NCBI GenBank assembly: GCA_964019335.1
Contig: OZ025730.1
Span: forward strand, 186,001-250,000
Source of the DNA: Diplonema japonicum
Taxonomy: Eukaryota; Protista; Euglenozoa: Diplonemea
Direction of reading: 5' to 3'
DNA length: 64,000 bases
Part shown: positions 53,201 through 63,851 of the stretch, piece after piece
Numbering within the stretch: position 1 is the stretch's first letter
Layout of the letters: the number at the start of each line of letters is the position of its first letter
Made by a program: the position numbers and the translations under genes
Notes under the pieces: generated by a model
Databases searched by the model: none
Told to the model about the DNA's origin: nothing
What the model saw: the letters and a program-made list of their open reading frames with translations, nothing else

Positions 53201-54076
53201 GACGGTGTTTCTCTTGTTGAGGGTGCGTGGTTTCGCAGGGCTTGTCTCGGCGAGGTTGAGAACCTTTTGCGTGTCGCAAAACAGGTACCTGGGATTCGTC
53301 TTCCCGTACCCGCATCCTAAATTATCGGATTTTGTGATCCCATCCGCGGGTTTCGATGCCCCCGACTCTGGAGACGGCTGCCACACAGAAAAAACATTCA
53401 CTACATCGAAATATCTATAGAAGGGAACAGATGCTTTGAAACCGGTGATGGGCGGGAATTTGAAAAGCTGTGTAACGTGATCGACATCTGTGGCGAATTT
53501 TGCCTTCTCTGCGGTGGTGTACCCTGATGGGAGGAGCACGAGATTGTTGACAGCAGATGTGGGGCCGATGGTCTGAACGTTTGTGTGTTCGATGCCTGTT
53601 TGAAGGATGTCAGCAAAGCGGTGATCTGAAGGGTTGATTTGGCTGATAGTTTTTGATGAACTTGCATGGCCGGTGATTTCCAGATAAATGCAGATTGATG
53701 GGATGATGATGATGCTTGCAGTACCGTGGTGGTGGAGTGTGAATGTGCCTTTCATCGTGCCAGTGTTGTGCGAAGTTTCGCCCTCTTCGTGGTGGATTTT
53801 CGGGTTTGGGATTCTGACCCCGATTCTTACCCCGCTTGGAGCAACGCATTCGACGTCGATTTCATGGTTTTTTCTTCCTCTCCCGAGGCTTTTCCACCCA
53901 TCGTTCTCGTTAGCCCATTCGTATGGATTTCCTGTTACCTCTTGCCCCGTCCATATTGAGTCCGGGGCCGTTACGTCATCGCCTTCAAATCGTAGGAGTA
54001 CTGAAACTGCTTCTTCTCCAAATGCAGGAAGGGCCAGTATCCACACGAATGCCACTGAGGTTGTCCATCCCCGCAT
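50255..54076 (-). CDS. Membrane protein: signal peptide, peptidase M64-like zinc metalloprotease, TM, tetraspanin-like 4TM module, EF-hand, PDZ-like domain, Pro/Ser tail
   Basis: Start MRGWTT at 54076. SGYT...KF..D, PFYRY...NVF, YGGGG, HELGHAWGDLFDEY, CLM...MCPVCRE. Four further TMs with a Cys-rich loop. DKTNSGTMD loop; GAVGLDY...AGIRSGDIITTVDG. Confidence 0.85.
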   Translation of the reverse strand: MRGWTTSVAFVWILALPAFGEEAVSVLLRFEGDDVTAPDSIWTGQEVTGNPYEWANENDGWKSLGRGRKNHEIDVECVAPSGVRIGVRIPNPKIHHEEGETSHNTGTMKGTFTLHHHGTASIIIIPSICIYLEITGHASSSKTISQINPSDHRFADILQTGIEHTNVQTIGPTSAVNNLVLLPSGYTTAEKAKFATDVDHVTQLFKFPPITGFKASVPFYRYFDVVNVFSVWQPSPESGASKPADGITKSDNLGCGYGKTNPRYLFCDTQKVLNLAETSPAKPRTLNKRNTVIAVLVNDNQYGGGGLYSPSAKIGCFYNGFDFNDATQKQKFASLLFHELGHAWGDLFDEYDMQITEPSIVALKNCVSPQSTTIPWQGWIDKSTTDTSLNMLANPVTPCGYSNYKKPSTNCLMGKLTDGRMCPVCREAVTLEMYASTMSLMWPSCPLPDEIVHLATGQSIVLHLNAKLLSKGNFGVSWAKGSTALCTQGTCGASIEITAGSLGIGDNIITATVTDLTDWVLQDRRVPAMTQTRDFTIKVVPAINNSTGSLSRWKCYCTDESLPECRGGVSFFQAPVTPDTGYVAECKPGGNCTLNFSTTSHESTGADAATDSLEKYESYVLYLGIGAGVSALMLWCKAWTRWRHKMNGKVRPIFKVNFKKKYVVIRNIMMGTAVVIMIMSMATLGVALYLYTQFDGLGKWLLVPGGITALVLYIIAFLGFWAAWYRSKYLLGVNGVVLILCLGATITIAYFSKWFSDSVGDDSHSASTFLKDLWEDIVTDYPSRACAIEKMLSCSGYEENCQRLTSTLHCPDNCEATNAKYSDACKISIQEKIEEYFPRVFSYSIVVGVCLLIGIVFNFMLCYALRGMEKELKEKGDEKVRKQSIAAGNDSAAKMSNVNKPSAPGYDASREVQGNRSVSMLKGLDREEKIKLAKEFQRYDKTNSGTMDKKHFKKFMNSAFGYTPSDHETDQIFLAAGGKEYIQFNEVIAALGGNQAEYQGLLHEEREQQIRKNFDALEKGDIPEPPSQYSDSPHLPDNERHRRWELRDHFNKGLEYGSRSGNQIIHEVSLTKGAVGLDYDTNQDLGVYAVAVEGPCKEAGIRSGDIITTVDGVPVTSAADMQRGFNQAKGKGLKTVTVVTKQIHANDSPMKSSATLKGSPPEWGSEAHKVAQSFLFGAFGLTNPSKQQPVSTAASQPRPTAASSFHSPPLPVSYQSKPTPFVRTYATPRYISARPSVNPSPAAPPGHPVSFSSPYITNPSYAGNHSSYQPLVL

Positions 54077-54354
54077 ATGGATTGGGGGGAGGTGATCCTT
54101 TTTATTGTTTTTGATGGGGACGGAGTGAGGAGGAAAAAAAAAAAAAAAAAAAAAAATAACAATCATTTTTTTTTTTGATAAAATAAAAAATAAATAAAAA
54201 TATAATGACGGCCAAAAAAAAAGGGGGGGGTGTTTTGTTTTGTTTTTTTTTATAAAAAGAAATAATATGATGATGAAAAAAAATGAGTGGGGGAAAATAA
54301 AAAAATAAAATAAAAAATGAAGTAGAAAAAAAAAAAAAGGAAAGAAAGAAAACA

Positions 54355-55057
54355 CTATTTTTTAACTTTTTTCCGCATAATTTTCTTTGGTTTAGATGCG
54401 GGTGCGGTGGGAGAGGAGGTGGGGGTCTTTCTCTTCAGGGGGATTTTCTTCTTCAGCTGTTTTTTCTTTGGCTTCTCTTCCTCCACCGGCAGGGTCGCGA
54501 TTTCTTCGTTGCTTGTCTCCTCTACTCGGTTGTCCTCATCTTCTTCATTAAGCTCAAACTTTTCGTCCGCTTCTTGCTCTATTTTTTCAATTTCCTTTTC
54601 GCCCTTTTTGCCGTGGTGTCCCAACTGCCTCACCTCCTCCTCTTCAGATTCTTCCTCCTTCTTCCCTTCGTTTTTGTTCCACTCCAGCCCGCCCGCCACC
54701 GACAGGAACGATAGGGTGTGCCTATTGTGCTCACCGACTCTTTTTTTTTTTTTTTTTTTTTTTTAAATCCCCTTCATACTTAGCAAGGTCGGCTGTTCGT
54801 TTCACGATATTTTGATGAAGAAGCTTCAGTGCAGCTTGCAGTTGACCGTCAGCAGGTGCAGAGCTTGTAGTAGCTGTTTTGTGTGGTTTAAAAAAAAAAA
54901 GAAAAGAAAAAAAACTTACCCGCCGCACGCTTCTGCAGATACGCCCCATGCCTGCTCAAAAGATGGCACACCCACCTCAACACACGTTCTACATTGTTGT
55001 TGTCAGCCAGCTCTTTGCTCAACAGCTCGATGACGGGGACTAACAGCTCCTGTAAAG

Positions 55058-55088
<31 letters not shown>

Positions 55089-57647
55089 CTTCTTTTTTTT
55101 TTTTCTTTTTTAAGTACCGTAGAAATGTTATCAGTCACGAAAGGGATCTCCTGCTCGGGGACCCCGTGCAGCACTCGCGTGCACACGTCGGCGTCGTTGA
55201 GGTGCAAGCTCTTCAGCAGGGCGACGATGAAGTTCCCCTTCTCAAGCTCGCCGTAGACTTCCTAGGTTTAGGTTTAGGTGTGTATTATTTATTTCTTCTT
55301 TTTTAAATCATTGCACACACCATTGGTGTCAGCCCCATGGACAGGAACGTCGGGTTGAAACGCTTTGCGTCTACTTCGGTTGAAAAAAGAAGCAGTCCGT
55401 CGGTGGTGGCAGCGGCCCATTCCTTCCCGGTGGGGGAGAACATGACACACTTGGACCTTGCGATGGGACGGGTCTTCTTGCGCTTGCCTTGGTCGCCTCG
55501 CTGCGCACCAGGCAGCCGGGTCACCTTTCGCACACCATCTTCAGAATCGGAGTCAGCAAGATCAAGATTGTTAATGTTACCAGCGTCAGTGTTGGCTCTG
55601 TAGTCGTAGACATCAGACATGCCGTCCAGCGATCTGTTGTTGGTGACCTGCCACTTTGTGAGGAGGTGCGATTGGTTGGCACCGTACAACGCAATCCACT
55701 TGCTGTTGCCTCCCAAGAGGATGCCGTGGTTGTCGGGCGACCATGATATAGTGTTGAAGTGCCTTGCGGACTGTCCTGTGAAAGGGTTCGTCGCTTCTGC
55801 CGACCGCCAACCACCCTTCACGTCCCTATGCACGGAGATCGTCTTCAGCGGCACGATGTCCGTCGTGTCCTCTGTGCTGTACAGCGACATGTCGCCGTTC
55901 AGCGTCAGCACGCACAGTTTTAAGCCGTCCGGCGAGAAACGCAGCGTGATGACCTCCGAGTTGAAGACAATGGCCTCTGTCGTTGTCATCCCGCCTGTTG
56001 TTACCTTTGCCGTGCTGCTGGCGTAGACGCCCCACACCCGAACTGTCTTGTCCCATGATGATGATGCAAATACTGTTCCAGACTGGTGGAAGTCGATTCC
56101 TGAGATGGGTCCTTCATGTCCTGAGAACACTTCAAGGACCTGCCCCGTCTGCGTCGACCACAGATAGATGTCAGGCTCGGTCAGCGAGCCTCCGACAACA
56201 AGCTCGCCAGACGGGTCCAGGGCAAAGCAGGAGATCTGTGCAGACACAGGCGGCTGGAGTACTCTGAACTGTCTGTACCTCTTCAGGTCGTACCCCCGGA
56301 TGGTGCCGTCTGCCGATGCAGACCACAGCGTCTGGTTGTTGGAGAACCGCACCTCCGACACCGGTCCCTGGTGGTCCCTGAAGGTTGCGAAGCAGAACCC
56401 GGTGCTGCCGTTCCACACCTTCACCTTCCCGTCGTCGGAGGAGGTTGCAAGCACAGCACCGTCCGGTGAGAACGCCACCGTCGAGACATCGTGGTAGTGC
56501 GACTGCTGCTTCAGGACGTATGTCTCGCTCTTCCATTCCCATACAAGAAGCTGGCCGAGCTTCTCGCTGCCAAAGGCGACCCAATCGCCCTGCCTGTTGA
56601 CGGACACGCTTGTGATCTTCTGCTCTGTGATAGACAGTGTGTGGATGCACTTCACCTCAGGGATCGTTGTGTAGACCCCGAAGACACCGTTTTTGAACCC
56701 CGCGAAGAGCAGTCCCGACGACGTGTGGTACTCGATGTTCTGCAGACGCGCATCGTGCTCGAGGAAGAACTTCTTCTTGATCTGCCAGTTCTTGAGCGTC
56801 AGCTCGGGGGAGCTGGGTTTTTTCTTCTTCTTCGCCCCTTCTTCTTCTTCTTCCATTTCCTCGCCTTCCTCGTTCTCTTCCTCCTCTTCTTCTTCTTCTT
56901 CCTCTTCATCTTGGTTCTTGGCGAGAAGAGGTTGATACCTATCACGATCGGTCATCTGCCAAATGGCAATGGTGCGATCAGAGGATGCACTGAGGATGGT
57001 GGTGTTGGAAGAGGAGGTGAAGAAGGAGTTGATAACAGGGCAACGATGCGCCGCAAGAGTGACATGTGGTTTCATGCCGAGATGGGTACCCTCTGCGGCC
57101 ATCTGAGCGTGGAGAGAGGGCTTTTGCAGAGGAACAACACGCACAGAGCAGTCCTCGCTGGAGAGCAGGAGGTACCGGTCGCACGACGACCATTTCACAG
57201 ATGTGACGTCACCAGAACAGACCTGTATTTTCTTGAGGAGGTGGACGGAACGGTATTGAAGGACTTTGTTAGGCGGTGTTGACCACACTTGGACTTCTCT
57301 CCCGTTCACCACCGCTACGTATCTCTCGTTGTTGCTGATCTTGACCATGCTTGTGCCTGCCTTGAAGTTTATCACTTCCAAGGCAACCTCGGCCTCCCAG
57401 TTTATGAAAACTCCTCGTCCGTCATCGTCCACCACAACCATGAGGCCTTCATTGATGCTCAGATCCATGCATCTGATGTCTTTCAGGCACTCGAAGGGCG
57501 AGGCTTTGTTTACGGATTTCACCAGATCGTACCTGCCTACCCTGTTCCCCACCGGGGATAAGAGTTCCTTCCCCGAGCTTGTAAAAATTAAATTCCCTTG
57601 ATTGTAAACCGCCCCGCAAAGGTTCAAAAATTTGTAATCCGTTCGCA

Positions 57648-57648
<1 letters not shown>
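54355..57648 (-). CDS. PWP2: Periodic tryptophan protein 2 (Utp1); exons 55321-57648, 55118-55261, 54920-55049, 54780-54873, 54355-54739
   Basis: MRTDYKFLNLCGAVY, LGQLLVWEWKSETYVLKQQSH, FSPTGKEWAAATTDGLLLF. Four GT-AG introns (59, 68, 46, 40 nt) restore the Utp12-like C-terminal domain and join the 54355-54699 ORF in frame. Confidence 0.92.
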
Positions 57649-57679
<31 letters not shown>

Positions 57680-57730
57680 GTTTTTTTTTTTTTTTATGAA
57701 GACTATCTGGAGCCCCCCGCGACCCCTCGT

Positions 57731-57776
<46 letters not shown>

Positions 57777-58796
57777 TGCATCATGGAAAAACAAAGAGGA
57801 AAAAATATTCATAAGTTTTTAAAAAAAGGGGGGGGTCAGGTTGAGCAAAAAAAAAAAGAAGAAGAAAACTTGGGAAGGACAAAAAAGAGGAGGAAAAAAA
57901 AAAAAGAAGAAGAAAGAAAAAAGAAAAAAAAAAAGAGTGTTTTTTTACGTTCCTTTGGTAGTCTGGGAAGTATAAGTAAGGAGGGGAGAAAAAAGTTTTT
58001 TTTTTCAAAAGCAGGAGATCAGTGGAAGAGAGATCTCACTCCTTTGGCAACACTTTTTTTTTTTTTTTTTTTTTTTTTGCCTGATCGCCCAGCGACTGTG
58101 CATTGTTCATTTTTATTTTGAATTTTTTTTTCCATTTTTTATCCCGATTTAAAGAAAATGGGGGGGGGGATGTAATGGGGAAAGGGAAGAAATTGGATTA
58201 AAAAGCACCTTAAGAGAGGGAGACAGGGAGGGACTGTAAAAAAAAAGGAGGGGAGGGGGGAGTTTTCCAATAAGGAAAGGGAGGATGAAACATAAAAAAT
58301 ATAATAAAAAAAAAATATAAGGAAACGGGGTTGTGTAAAGAAGAAAAAAAATGGAACGTTTATATTTCATTTTCTTTTTAGAAACAAGAAAAAGGAGCAA
58401 AAAAAAGAGGAAGAAAAAAAAAGGGGGGAAGAAGGTGTGGGGGGAAAAGATGGATTTTTTTTTTATATCTTCTAAGAAACGTTGGTGACTCAATCTTATT
58501 TTGGCATTTTGGCCAAATACCTGGAGGTATATCACTCCACAAACGTTAGCACTGCGAGGGTGGCTATTTTCTTTTCTATATGGTTTTTTTTTTTTTTTTT
58601 CTTTTTTTTTTTTCTTTTTTTTTCAAATCCCTCTTTACGCCCGGAGCCTTGGCTAAGCTTTTTTTTTTTTTCCTTTTTTTTTTCTTTCTTTTGTAATTTT
58701 TTTTTTTTTTTCATTGTTGTTTAGGTAGGGGGGAAACAAAAAACGTTCGTGCAAAAAAAAACTCGATGTAAAGGAAGCCGGTGGGGGCACCCTGCA

Positions 58797-59074
58797 CAAG
58801 CACCATTTACTTGATTACAGGGGGCGCACCTCGGCCTAGCTGTAGCTTCTTCTGCGTTCCGCGTCGTGTCCTTAATGCGTGCGGTGTGCAGCTCAACCCC
58901 AGCCGGGGCGCCCCGGGTAACCAAGATTCTGAGCCCGTGTAGTTTGCTGCCTGTTGGCCACCCAGAGCATCTGCTTCTTCCACTTGGGCGCTACCGGTGA
59001 TGACCGACGGGGAGGTCAACAGCGAACAACACATCTGATGTACTTCTTTATATTTCCATGTTATCCCCACCACC
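58797..59074 (-). mobile_element. Short dispersed repeat (~280 bp), copy 2, headed by an HDV-like ribozyme
   Basis: Homologous to 25494-25759 with small indels. Confidence 0.75.
58937..59074 (-). ncRNA. HDV-like self-cleaving ribozyme (predicted), copy 2
   Basis: Same P1, P2, P3 and P1.1 as copy 1; L3 UCCCCGUC; P4 CGCCCA/UGGGUG; J4/2 CCAA (catalytic C at 58957). Confidence 0.8.
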
Positions 59075-59214
59075 TGGAAAAAAAAAAAAATAAAAAAAGC
59101 TCATTATGATGGGGGGGCCCCCACCAAAAAGAAGGAAAATGGGGGACGAAACTGATATGCGCGTCATTAGAAAAGTCCTAAGGAAGCTCTCACGCGCAAT
59201 CAACTCCAACAAAA

Positions 59215-59273
<59 letters not shown>

Positions 59274-60024
59274 GTACACCACCTGCAAAGAGGTACTTGA
59301 GGGAGGAAGTGAGGATGAAAAGAAAATACAGGAGAAAACAAAAAAAAAAAAACAAAAAAGAAGAAAAAAAAAAGAATCGAGAAAGTAGAAGGGGGGAGCG
59401 GGAAGAGAAAAAGAAAACTTTTTTTTTACCCCTCTTTTTTTTTTTGAAATTCTCAAGAGAGTGCGATTTACATAATAATTCGTTTTTCTTCCCAGCATCC
59501 CTCTTTTTTTTTTTTTTTTTTCTTCTCCCCATGAGATCTTCATCGTGAACCCTCTTGCAAAACCGGAATCCTGAAAAAAGTAAATGAGAAAATACAAAAA
59601 AATAAGAAATTAAAAAAAAGGGGGGGGCAACAATTTTTTATGATGTTTTTTTTTTTTTTTTTCTTTTGAATTTAATGTTTCCTACCTAAATGGGGTGTTT
59701 CTTGTCCCGGTGAAAGTGTTTTGGAAGTGCACCGTCCTAAATATGGGAAGAGAAATAACAAAAAAAAATTTAAAAAAGAAATTAAAAAAACAGGCGGGTT
59801 CTCGTGCTATGATTGTTCCTACCTGAGGGGAAAGTAAGTATATAAAAAATGACAACGAAGAAATTAAAAAAAAAAAAAAAAAAAAAAAACAGGATTCCAG
59901 GGAGTGTCACGGGTTCTCGATTTAAATATTTCTTCATAACACACTTTTTTTTTGTTTTTAGTTTTAGTTTTTTTTAAAAAAGTTTTCACCCTCTCCCCCT
60001 CTCTACTTTCTCAAAAAAAAAAAC

Positions 60025-60060
<36 letters not shown>

Positions 60061-60277
60061 CCATTCTATAATTTTTTTTTTTTCCCAATAAAAACCAATC
60101 CAGAAAAATAAAAATAAAAAAATAATAAAAGGTGACGGGTACCCTTCCATGGGATGCCCCACCACCTTAATTTTTTAATTTTTTTTTTTCCTCCTTCGTG
60201 TACTCTCCCCACCCTCCCCTCCCCATGCTCATCTTAAGATTGTATTGCACAAAATATATGTTAAAAAAAATGGCGTG

Positions 60278-60328
<51 letters not shown>

Positions 60329-60358
60329 GAAGAAAAAAAAATCTTTTTTTTTATTTGT

Positions 60359-63300
60359 TTAGTCAAGTTTCAAGGCCTTAGCGATCCCGGCCTGAAGGGC
60401 CTCACAGTTCTTCTTCGCATCACCAAAGTACATACGCGTGTTGTCGTTGAAGAAGACAGGGTTGTCCACACCAGCGTAGCCGGAGCCCATAGAACGCTTC
60501 ATAACGAAGCACTGGGAGGCCTTCCACACATGGCAAACAGGCATTCCAGCGATGGCAGAGTTGGGATCGTCAAGAGCAGCAGAGTTGATGGTGTCGTTGG
60601 CACCAATGACAAGGGATACGTCGGTGTCAGCAAAATCCTCGTTGATCTCCTCCATCTCAAGCACGATGTCATAAGGAACAGAGGCTTCTGCAAGAAGGAC
60701 GTTAAGCTGTCCAGGCATCCTACCGGCAACAGGGTGCACGCAGAACCTCACCTTCACCCCGTGGTCCCTCAGCATCTGTGTCACGGCGGCGATGGCGTAC
60801 TGACCCTTGGCCATGGCCAGACCGAACCCGACTGTGATGACAACTGACTTCGCGCTTAAAAGTGTCTCAACGACATCATCGGTCATGATCTCCTTCACCT
60901 CACCCGTGTACACCTTGGCCTCGCCTGTCCCTGTCCCAGATGTGCCGTACCCGCCGAAAATCACGTTGAAGATGCCCCTGTTCATCGCCACGCACATGAT
61001 GTGCGACAGGATGGCTCCGCTGCTGCCCACAAGCGCACCCACGATCACCAGCAGGTTGTTCTGCAGCAGGAAACCCTCCGCCGCCATCGCCCAACCCGAG
61101 TAACTGTTCAGCACAGTGATGGCAACCGGCATGTCAGCACCCCCGATGCCCGCAACAAGCGTGAAACCCAAGATCGACGAGAAGGCCATGTTCCCCCACA
61201 GGTACGCTACAAGCTCCGGGCTGTTCGGGAGCGTCATGAACTGGAACAGACCAGCGGCGATGAGACCGCCCATAGTGGAGTTGAAGGCGTGGAAACCGGG
61301 GAACTTAAGAGGCGCGCCGCCCATGTAACCGCTGAGCTTCCCGAAGGCAACACAACTTCCTGTGAAGGTGAGACCACCGAGGAAGGTGCCCACGTAGATG
61401 GCCGCCTTGTGGAAGTTCGCAAGAGGATCAGCGTCATAGTGGGGGACCTCGTGGATGAAGCTCCCGATGCAGACGGCAGACGCTGCAACACCAACAAAGG
61501 AGTGGAACAGGGCAACCATCTGAGGCAGCTCCGTGAGCTCGATCCTGTTGGACCCGACGTACCCAGCAAGACCACCCACAGCCATCGAACCAAGCATCAC
61601 GCTCATGAGACCAGGATCCACGATGTTGACGAAGCCAGCGATGGTGGTCCCGCACCCGATACCCACACCAGCAATACCGTACGCAGTGCCTTGACGGGCC
61701 GTGTCCTGCGCACTCAGACCGCTGATGGACAGAATGCAGAAGGTGGACGCAGCAAGGTACGACATGGCCTGCACACCTGTGCCAATGCCGCTCAGCTGCA
61801 TGGCGCACGATGCTGCAAGGAACGCACCTGCGGGAATGTAATACAATTGGTTGTACTCCCTGGGGTCGGAGTCCCTGCGGAACATGGCAAGCATCTTAAG
61901 TGTGATGTTGAACCCACCAGCGATGTTCACGCTGGACAGCAACACCGCAGTCGCAGACAGACCCAGCACCATGGGGTTCATGGCAGCAAGGGAGGCACCG
62001 GGGGACCCGAGAACAGCTAGACCACCGATGACAACGAGACCCGAGATGGCGTTGGTGACAGCCATCAGGGGCGAGTGGAGGGCAGGCACCACACCCCACA
62101 CCACCTGGTACCCGACAAGGACCGACACTGCGAAGGTGGTCGTTGTGGCCACCAAAGCAGGCGGCGCAGTCGCCCCGATCATGGCCAAACTACCAAGCCC
62201 GACACCCATCCATTTCGCAACGCTCATTGTCTCGTTGTATGGCTTTGTAATAAGCCTGTACTTTTCATCGGCGGCGGCCTTGGCTAAGTCAGCAGCCTTC
62301 TTTGCAGCGACTTCTTCCTGTGTTGAATATTGTAGTTACTCAAAGAAAGCGGCGTACCTCGGAAGGCGGGGGCGGGGGCGGCTTGGTGGGTGCGGGCCAC
62401 AGAAGCTCATTACCCTTGGTAACGGTGAAGGCCCTGGTGACTTCGTCCTCAAGATCGACGAAGAAGGACTGCTCGTCCTTGGGCTTGTGAGTGAGGAGGA
62501 ACTTCGTAAGGTTGTTGCTGTACAACGTGGAGGACTGGTTGGGCAGCCTGCTGGGGAGGTCGGTGTACCCGATCACTCTGACACCGTTGTCAGTGATGTG
62601 GAGCTTGCCTGGTTGGGTGTAGCCGCAGTTGCCGCCTGCCTGCGCAGCAAGGTCCACGACGACAGACCCAGGCTTCATGGTGTCTACCATCTCCTTGGTG
62701 ATGAGGATGGGGGCCGTCTTGCCGGGGATGAGGGCAGTCGTGATGATGATGTCCACTTCTTTAGATTGCTCTGCGAACATCGCCATCTCGGCCTTCACGA
62801 AGTCCTTGCTCATTTCCTTGGCGTAGCCACCAGCACCATCTTCCAGCTCGAAACCCTTCAGTTCAAGGAACTCACCTCCCATGGACTTCACCTGGTCCTT
62901 CACGGGCGGCCGGGTGTCGAAGCACCTCACGATGGCACCCAGCGACCTGGCGTGTCCAATGGCCGCGAGACCTGCAACACCACCACCAATCACTAGAACC
63001 TTGGCAGGCGGGGTCTTTCCAGCAGCAGTCATCTGGCCACACAGGAACCTGCCGAACTCATTGGCCGCCTCCACAACAGCCTTGTACCCCGCGATGTTAG
63101 CCATGGACGAGAGGGCGTCGTAGGTCTGTGCCCTCGAGATGGTACGGGGGACACAGTCCATGCTGAAGCTCGTGATGTTCCTGACTTTGATCTTCTCGAC
63201 GAGCTCAGCGTTCTGAGCAGGTTGGATGAAGGAGATCAGCGTGCTGCCGTCCTTCATGAGGTCCACCTCGTGGGTCCCCGTAGCAGGGTTCACCTGAGGG

Positions 63301-63707
63301 ACGTTGATCTTGCAGATGATGTCGGAGCCCAAAGCCGCTTCGTTGTTAACGATTTTCGCACCAGCAGCCGTGTACTGCGCGTCGGGAAAGTCAGCAAGGC
63401 TCCCAGCGCCAGACTCGACGTTGACGGTGTAGCCCTGCTTCACAAGGCTTGCCACAGAGGTGGGAGACACGGCGACCCTCTTCTCAGCCTCGAAGCACTC
63501 CTTCGGCACACCGACTGTCAGCTCCGTGAAAGGCACGGGGCCGGTCTTGCCGAGAAGGTGCGATGCGGCTGCGGTGCTGTAGCACCTCAGTCCAATCGGT
63601 CTCATTCCGACAGGCTTGAACCCCATCGTCATGGACTGCAGCTGCGGCTGCTCACGAAGAGGCGCAAAGGGCATCGCCCTGCGCATGAATCGACCCGCCA
63701 TCGCCAT
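60359..63707 (-). CDS. NNT: Mitochondrial proton-translocating NAD(P) transhydrogenase, single chain dI-dII-dIII; intron 62318-62357
   Basis: Arg-rich presequence; GGGVAG; [15 protein letters not shown]; [18 protein letters not shown]; GYAGVDNP. The 40-nt GTACGC...CACAG intron fuses the two ORFs in frame (PPSE|EEVAAK...MSVAKW). Confidence 0.96.
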
Positions 63708-63851
63708 CCCCGGAAAAGGTCAGAATTCCTGTAATGTTATGAGAACAAAAAAATAAAATAGGAAAAATAAAAAAAAATAGGGGTGGGGAGGAACAGGGTG
63801 GGAATTTAAAGGGCGGGGGGGAGGGGGGAGAAAAAAAAACTGTTAATCGTG

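Noticed and set aside
54077-54355. Long hydrophobic N-terminal extension of the M64 protein; similar extensions on GlyRS, HMCES, NPL and RNase HII
   Set aside because: Poly-Phe/Lys from homopolymer spacers; the downstream ATGs fit the domain starts.
54355-54699. Stand-alone acidic/basic 114-aa gene
   Set aside because: It is the last exon of PWP2.
55262-55278. Telomere-like TTTAGG repeats in PWP2 intron 1
   Set aside because: Under three units; compatible with chance or a branch-site-like CTAAAC.
58807-59073. 88-aa ORF in the dispersed repeat
   Set aside because: The frame is broken by indels in the other copy.
60359-63707. NNT as separate alpha and beta genes, or as a frameshifted pseudogene
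   Set aside because: A 40-nt GT-AG intron joins them in frame.
90-63734. All plus-strand ORFs in the track, including long ones such as 35699-36865, 61001-62020 and 61851-62996
   Set aside because: They are antisense shadows of well-supported minus-strand genes or homopolymer artefacts; none has a recognisable domain.
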